Below, piece by piece: positions 60,301-64,000 of a DNA stretch of 64,000 bases. A program made the translations under genes and the position numbers. The notes under the pieces were generated by a model, which was not told the origin of the DNA, searched no databases, and was given only the letters and a program-made list of their open reading frames with translations. The stretch is taken from assembly GCF_963921235.1 (NCBI RefSeq), contig NC_086107.1:116004001-116068000 (forward strand), read 5' to 3'. Source of the stretch: Mobula hypostoma (taxonomy: Eukaryota). Numbering within the stretch: the stretch's first letter is position 1; every line of letters begins with the position of its first letter.

Positions 60301-61965
60301 ACGGGCGTCGGGGGGAGAGAGAGAGACGGGCGTCGGAGGGAGAGAGAGACGGGCGTCGGGGGGAGAGAGAGACGAGCGTCGGGGGGAGAGAGACGGGCGT
60401 CGGGGGAGTGAGAGAGACGGGCCTCGGGGGGAGAGAGAGACGGGCGTCGGGGGGAGAGAGAGACGGGCGTCGGGGGGAGAGAGAGACGGGCGTCGGGGAG
60501 AGAGAGAGAGACGGGCGTCGGGGGAGAGAGAGACGGGCGTCGGGGGAGAGAGAGACGGGCGTCGGGGGGAGAGAGAGACGGGCGTCGGGGGGAGGGAGAG
60601 AGAGACGGGCGTCGGGGGGAGGGAGAGACGGGCATCGGGGGAGAGAGAGACGGGCATCAGGGGAGAGAGAGACGGGCATCGGGGGAGAGAGAGACGGGCA
60701 TCAGGGGAGAGAGAGGGAGAGAGACTGGCGTCGGAGAGAGGGAGAGAGAGAGACGGGCGTCAGGGGAGAAAGAGAGAGAGAGAGACGGGCGTCAGGGGAG
60801 AGAGAGAGACGGGCGTCGGGGGAGAGAGAGAGACGGGCGTCGGGGGGGAGAGAGAGAGAGACGGGCCTCGGGGGAGAGAGAGAGATGGGCATCGGGGGGA
60901 GAGAGAGACGGGCGTCAGGGGAGAGAGAGACGGGCGTCAGGGGAGAGAGGGGGAGAGAGAGACGGGCGTCAGGGGAGAGAGGGGGAGAGAGAGACGGGCG
61001 TCAGGGGAGAGAGAGAGAGAGAGAGACGGGCGTCAGGGGAGAGAGAGAGAGACGGGCGTCGGGGGAGAGAGAGAGACGGGCGTCGGGGGAGAGAGAGAGG
61101 GGCGTCGGGGGAGAGAGAGAGACGGGCGTCGGGGGGAGAGAGAGACGGGCGTCGGGGGGAGAGAGAGACGGGCGTCGGGGGGAGAGAGAGACGGGCGTCG
61201 GGGGGAGAGAGAGACGGGCGTCGGGGGGAGAGAGAGACGGGCGTCGGGGAGAGAGAGAGAGACGGGCCTCGGGGGAGAGAGAGAGATGGGCATCGGGGGG
61301 AGAGAGAGACGGGCGTCAGGGGAGAGAGGGGGAGAGAGAGACGGGCGTCAGGGGAGAGAGGGGGAGAGAGAGACGGGCGTCAGGGGAGAGAGAGAGAGAG
61401 AGAGACGGGCGTCAGGGGAGAGAGAGAGAGACTGGCGTCAGGGGAGAGAGAGAGAGACGGGCGTCGGGGGAGAGAGAGAGACGGGCGTCGGGGGAGAGAG
61501 AGACGGGCGTCGGGGAGAGAGAGACGGGCGTCGGGGGAGAGAGAGACGGGCGTCGGGGAGAGAGAGACGGGCGTCGGGGGGGGAGAGAGACGGGCGTCGG
61601 GGGGAGAGAGAGACGGGCGTCGGGGGGAGAGAGAGAGACGGGCGTCGGGGGGAGAGAGAGACGGGCGTCGGGGGGAGAGAGAGATGGGCGTCGGGAGAGG
61701 GAGAGAGGGGGCGCAGCGGGGACTGGGGGAGTGTCAGGGAGAGACGGGGAAGGACATGGTAGGATGGGAGACGATAGTGGAGGGAAGGAGGAGGCAAGGG
61801 GCGTGGGGTCAGGGGCAGAGAGGGGTGTTACATCTGGAGTGATAGGAGAGGTTGACAGAAATCTGTCAAATAGGACAAGATTTGTACCTTCCAGCTTGGC
61901 CCCAGGGGGCCTCGTCCCGTCTTCACCGATTTGAAAATCGCTGGATCTTCGTCAGATTTATAATC
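48295..61965 (-). CDS. PITPNB-like: Class I phosphatidylinositol transfer protein (PITP alpha/beta family), 3' four coding exons; the 5' exons lie beyond the window end
   Basis: Phase-0 exons of 78, 111, 123 and 48 coding nt splice to [119 protein letters not shown], the hallmark C-terminal half of class I PITPs. Which paralog this is remains unresolved. Confidence 0.95.
48410..49232 (-). repeat. 52-bp minisatellite family (left part of the array interrupted by Tx1)
   Basis: Direct reading. Confidence 0.95.
49236..53358 (+). mobile_element. Degenerate L1/Tx1-clade LINE with ORF1 remnant, endonuclease, RT, C-terminal zinc knuckle and 3' poly(A) signal; internally deleted and frameshifted. Assignment of 49236-49900 to the element is tentative.
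   Basis: ORF1-like [17 protein letters not shown]; endonuclease RIDHFYIS...[70 protein letters not shown]...EETVYH; AATAAA at 53336-53341. Confidence 0.88.
53360..53660 (-). repeat. 52-bp minisatellite family (right part of the array interrupted by Tx1)
   Basis: Direct reading; ends next to the PITP exon donor at 53666. Confidence 0.95.
53667..53789 (-). CDS. PITPNB-like: PITP exon ([41 protein letters not shown])
   Basis: caccctcag acceptor, gtgggt donor, 123 nt; [18 protein letters not shown] motif. Confidence 0.95.
54030..54880 (-). mobile_element. Degenerate CR1 LINE fragment
   Basis: [13 protein letters not shown]...YVNN..DNV...[23 protein letters not shown]...[10 protein letters not shown]. 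Confidence 0.85.
55065..55175 (-). CDS. PITPNB-like: PITP exon ([37 protein letters not shown])
   Basis: aaccacag acceptor, gtcagc donor, 111 nt; MCAYKLV..F.WWGLQ motif. Confidence 0.95.
55190..61700 (+). repeat. 6.5-kb minisatellite of 20-26 bp, (ga)n-cgggcgtc-(g)n, CpG-rich
   Basis: Direct reading; fills almost the whole PITP intron. Confidence 0.98.
61888..61965 (-). CDS. PITPNB-like: PITP exon ([26 protein letters not shown])
   Basis: cattcccag acceptor, gtacaa donor, 78 nt; conserved EDP.FKS.KTGRGPL motif. Confidence 0.95.
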
Positions 61966-62029
61966 CTGGGAATGGTGATGAGAACAATCAGATTCACTGC
62001 ATTCATTCCCATCGTCCCCACTGCCAACA

Positions 62030-64000
62030 GGATCCCACCCCTTCCCATTCACTCCCCCCGGAACCTCACCCCTTCCCATTAACTCCCCCCGGAACTTCAC
62101 CCCTTCCCATTCACTACCCCTGGAACCCCACCCCTTCCCATTCACTCCCACCGGAACCCAACCCCTTCCCATTCACTCCCAGCAGAACCCCACCCCTTCC
62201 CATTCACTCCCAGCAGAACCCCACCCCTTCCCATTCACTCCCACCGGAACCCCACCCCTTCCCATTCACTCCCACCGGAACCCCACCCCTTCCCATTCAC
62301 TCCCACCGGAACCCAACCCCTTCCCATTCACTCCCCCCCCCGGAACCCCACCCCTTCCCATTCATTCCCAGCAGAACCCCACCCCTTCCCATTCACTCCC
62401 AGCAGAACCTCACCCCTTCCCCTTCACTCCCCCAGAACCTCACCCCTTTCCATTCACCCCCCGCAGAACCCCACCTCTTCCCATTCACTCCCAGCAGAAC
62501 CCCACCCCTTCCCATTCACTCCCAGCAGAACCCCACCCCTTCCCATTCACTCCCAGCAGAACCCCACCCCTTCCCATTCACTCCCACCGGAACCCCACCC
62601 CTTCCCATTCACTCCCACCGGAACCCAACCCCTTCCCATTCAATCCCCCCGGAACCCCACCCCTTCCCATTCATTCCCAGAAGAATCCCACCCCTTCCCA
62701 TTCACTCCCAGCAGAACCTCACCCCTTCCCATTCACTCCCAGCCGAGCCCCACCCCTTCCCATTCACTCCCCCCGGAACACCACCCCTTCCCATTCATTC
62801 CCAGCAGAACCCCACCCCTTCCCATTCACTCCCAGCAGAGCCCCACCCCTTCCCATTCACTCCCAGCAGAGCCCCACCCCTTCCCATTCACTCCCCCCGG
62901 AACCCCACCCCTTCCCATTCATTCCCAGCACAACCCCACCCCTTCCCATTCACTCCTAGCAGAACCCCACCCCTTCCCATTCACTCCTAGCAGAACCCCA
63001 CCCCTTCCCATTCACTCCCAGCAGAGCCCCACACCTTCCCATTCACTCCCCCCGGAACCCCACCCCTTCCCATTCAGTCCCAGCAGAACCCCACCCCTTC
63101 CCATTCACTCCCAGCAGAACCCCACCCCTTCCCATTCACTCCCAGCAGAACCCCACCCCTTCCCATCCACTCCCAGCAGAACCCCACCCCTTCCCATTCA
63201 TTCCCAGCACAACCCCACCCCTTCCCATTCACTCCTAGCAGAACCCCACCCCTTCCCATTCACTCCTAGCAGAACCCCACCCCTTCCCATTCACTCCCAG
63301 CAGAGCCCCACACCTTCCCATTCACTCCCCCCGGAACCCCACCCCTTCCCATTCATTCCCAGCAGAACCCCACCCCTTCCCATTCACTCCCAGCAGAACC
63401 TCACCCCTTCCCATTCATTCCCCAGAACCTCACCCCTTCCCATTCACTCCCAGCAGAACCCCACCCCTTCCCATTCACTCCCAGCAGAACCCCACCCCTT
63501 CCCATTCACTCCCAGCAGAACCCCACCCCTTCCCATTCACTCCCAGCAGAACCCCACCCCTTCCCATTCACTCCCCCCAGAACCCCACCCCTTCCCATTC
63601 ACTCCCAGCAGAGCCCCACCCCTTCCCATTCACTCCCCCCGGAACCCCACCCCTTCCCATTCATTCCCAGCAGAACCCCACCCCTTCCCATTCACTCCTA
63701 GCAGAACCCCACCCCTTCCCATTCACTCCTAGCAGAACCCCACCCCTTCTCATTCACTCCCAGCAGAGCCCCACCCCTTCCCATTCACTCCCCCCGGAAC
63801 CCCACCCCTTCCCATTCATTCCCAGCAAAACCCCACCCCTTCCCATTCACTCCCAGCAGAACCCCACCCCTTCCCAGCAGAACCCCACCCCTTCCCATTC
63901 ACTCCTAGCAGAACCCCACCCCTTCCCATTCACTCCTAGCAGAACCCCACCCCTTCTCATTCACTCCCAACAGAGCCCCACCCCTTCCCAGCAGAACCCC
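62030..64000 (+). repeat. 31-bp minisatellite (ccccaccccttcccattcactcccagcagaa), running off the window end
   Basis: Direct reading. Confidence 0.97.

Noticed and set aside
55121..61934. RE/RG-rich and SLSP-rich ORFs
   Set aside because: Translations of the intronic (GA)n-CGGGCGTC repeat on both strands.
48295..61965. Class II PITP (PITPNM/PITPNC1)
   Set aside because: The protein stops right after the PITP domain with a class I-type tail, and [13 protein letters not shown] are class I signatures.

Overview
Eukaryotic, vertebrate genomic DNA. The LINE complement (CR1, Rex/Babar, Tx1, a Penelope remnant) and the minisatellites point to a cartilaginous fish, probably a ray, but this is inference. 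Roughly two thirds of the window is tandem repeat, and nearly all long ORFs in the supplied track are repeat artefacts. Two convergent spliced genes can be reconstructed by hand. (1) On the + strand, a 12-coding-exon gene (1427-20463, about 412 aa) has fully consistent GT-AG sites and phases. It encodes an N-terminal hydrophobic anchor followed by a disordered Pro/Lys/Ser-rich region, and I do not recognise it. (2) On the - strand is the 3' half of a class I phosphatidylinositol transfer protein gene (PITPNA/PITPNB family): four coding exons plus a probable non-coding last exon. Between them is a 22-kb, roughly 28-bp satellite carrying about 25 regularly spaced inverted cassettes that occur as two flip-flop isomers. 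Two multi-kb arrays are expansions of short motifs from inside LINE ORF2 sequence, one in a Rex/Babar-type element and one in a CR1. A degenerate Tx1-clade LINE interrupts a 52-bp minisatellite cleanly, in register.
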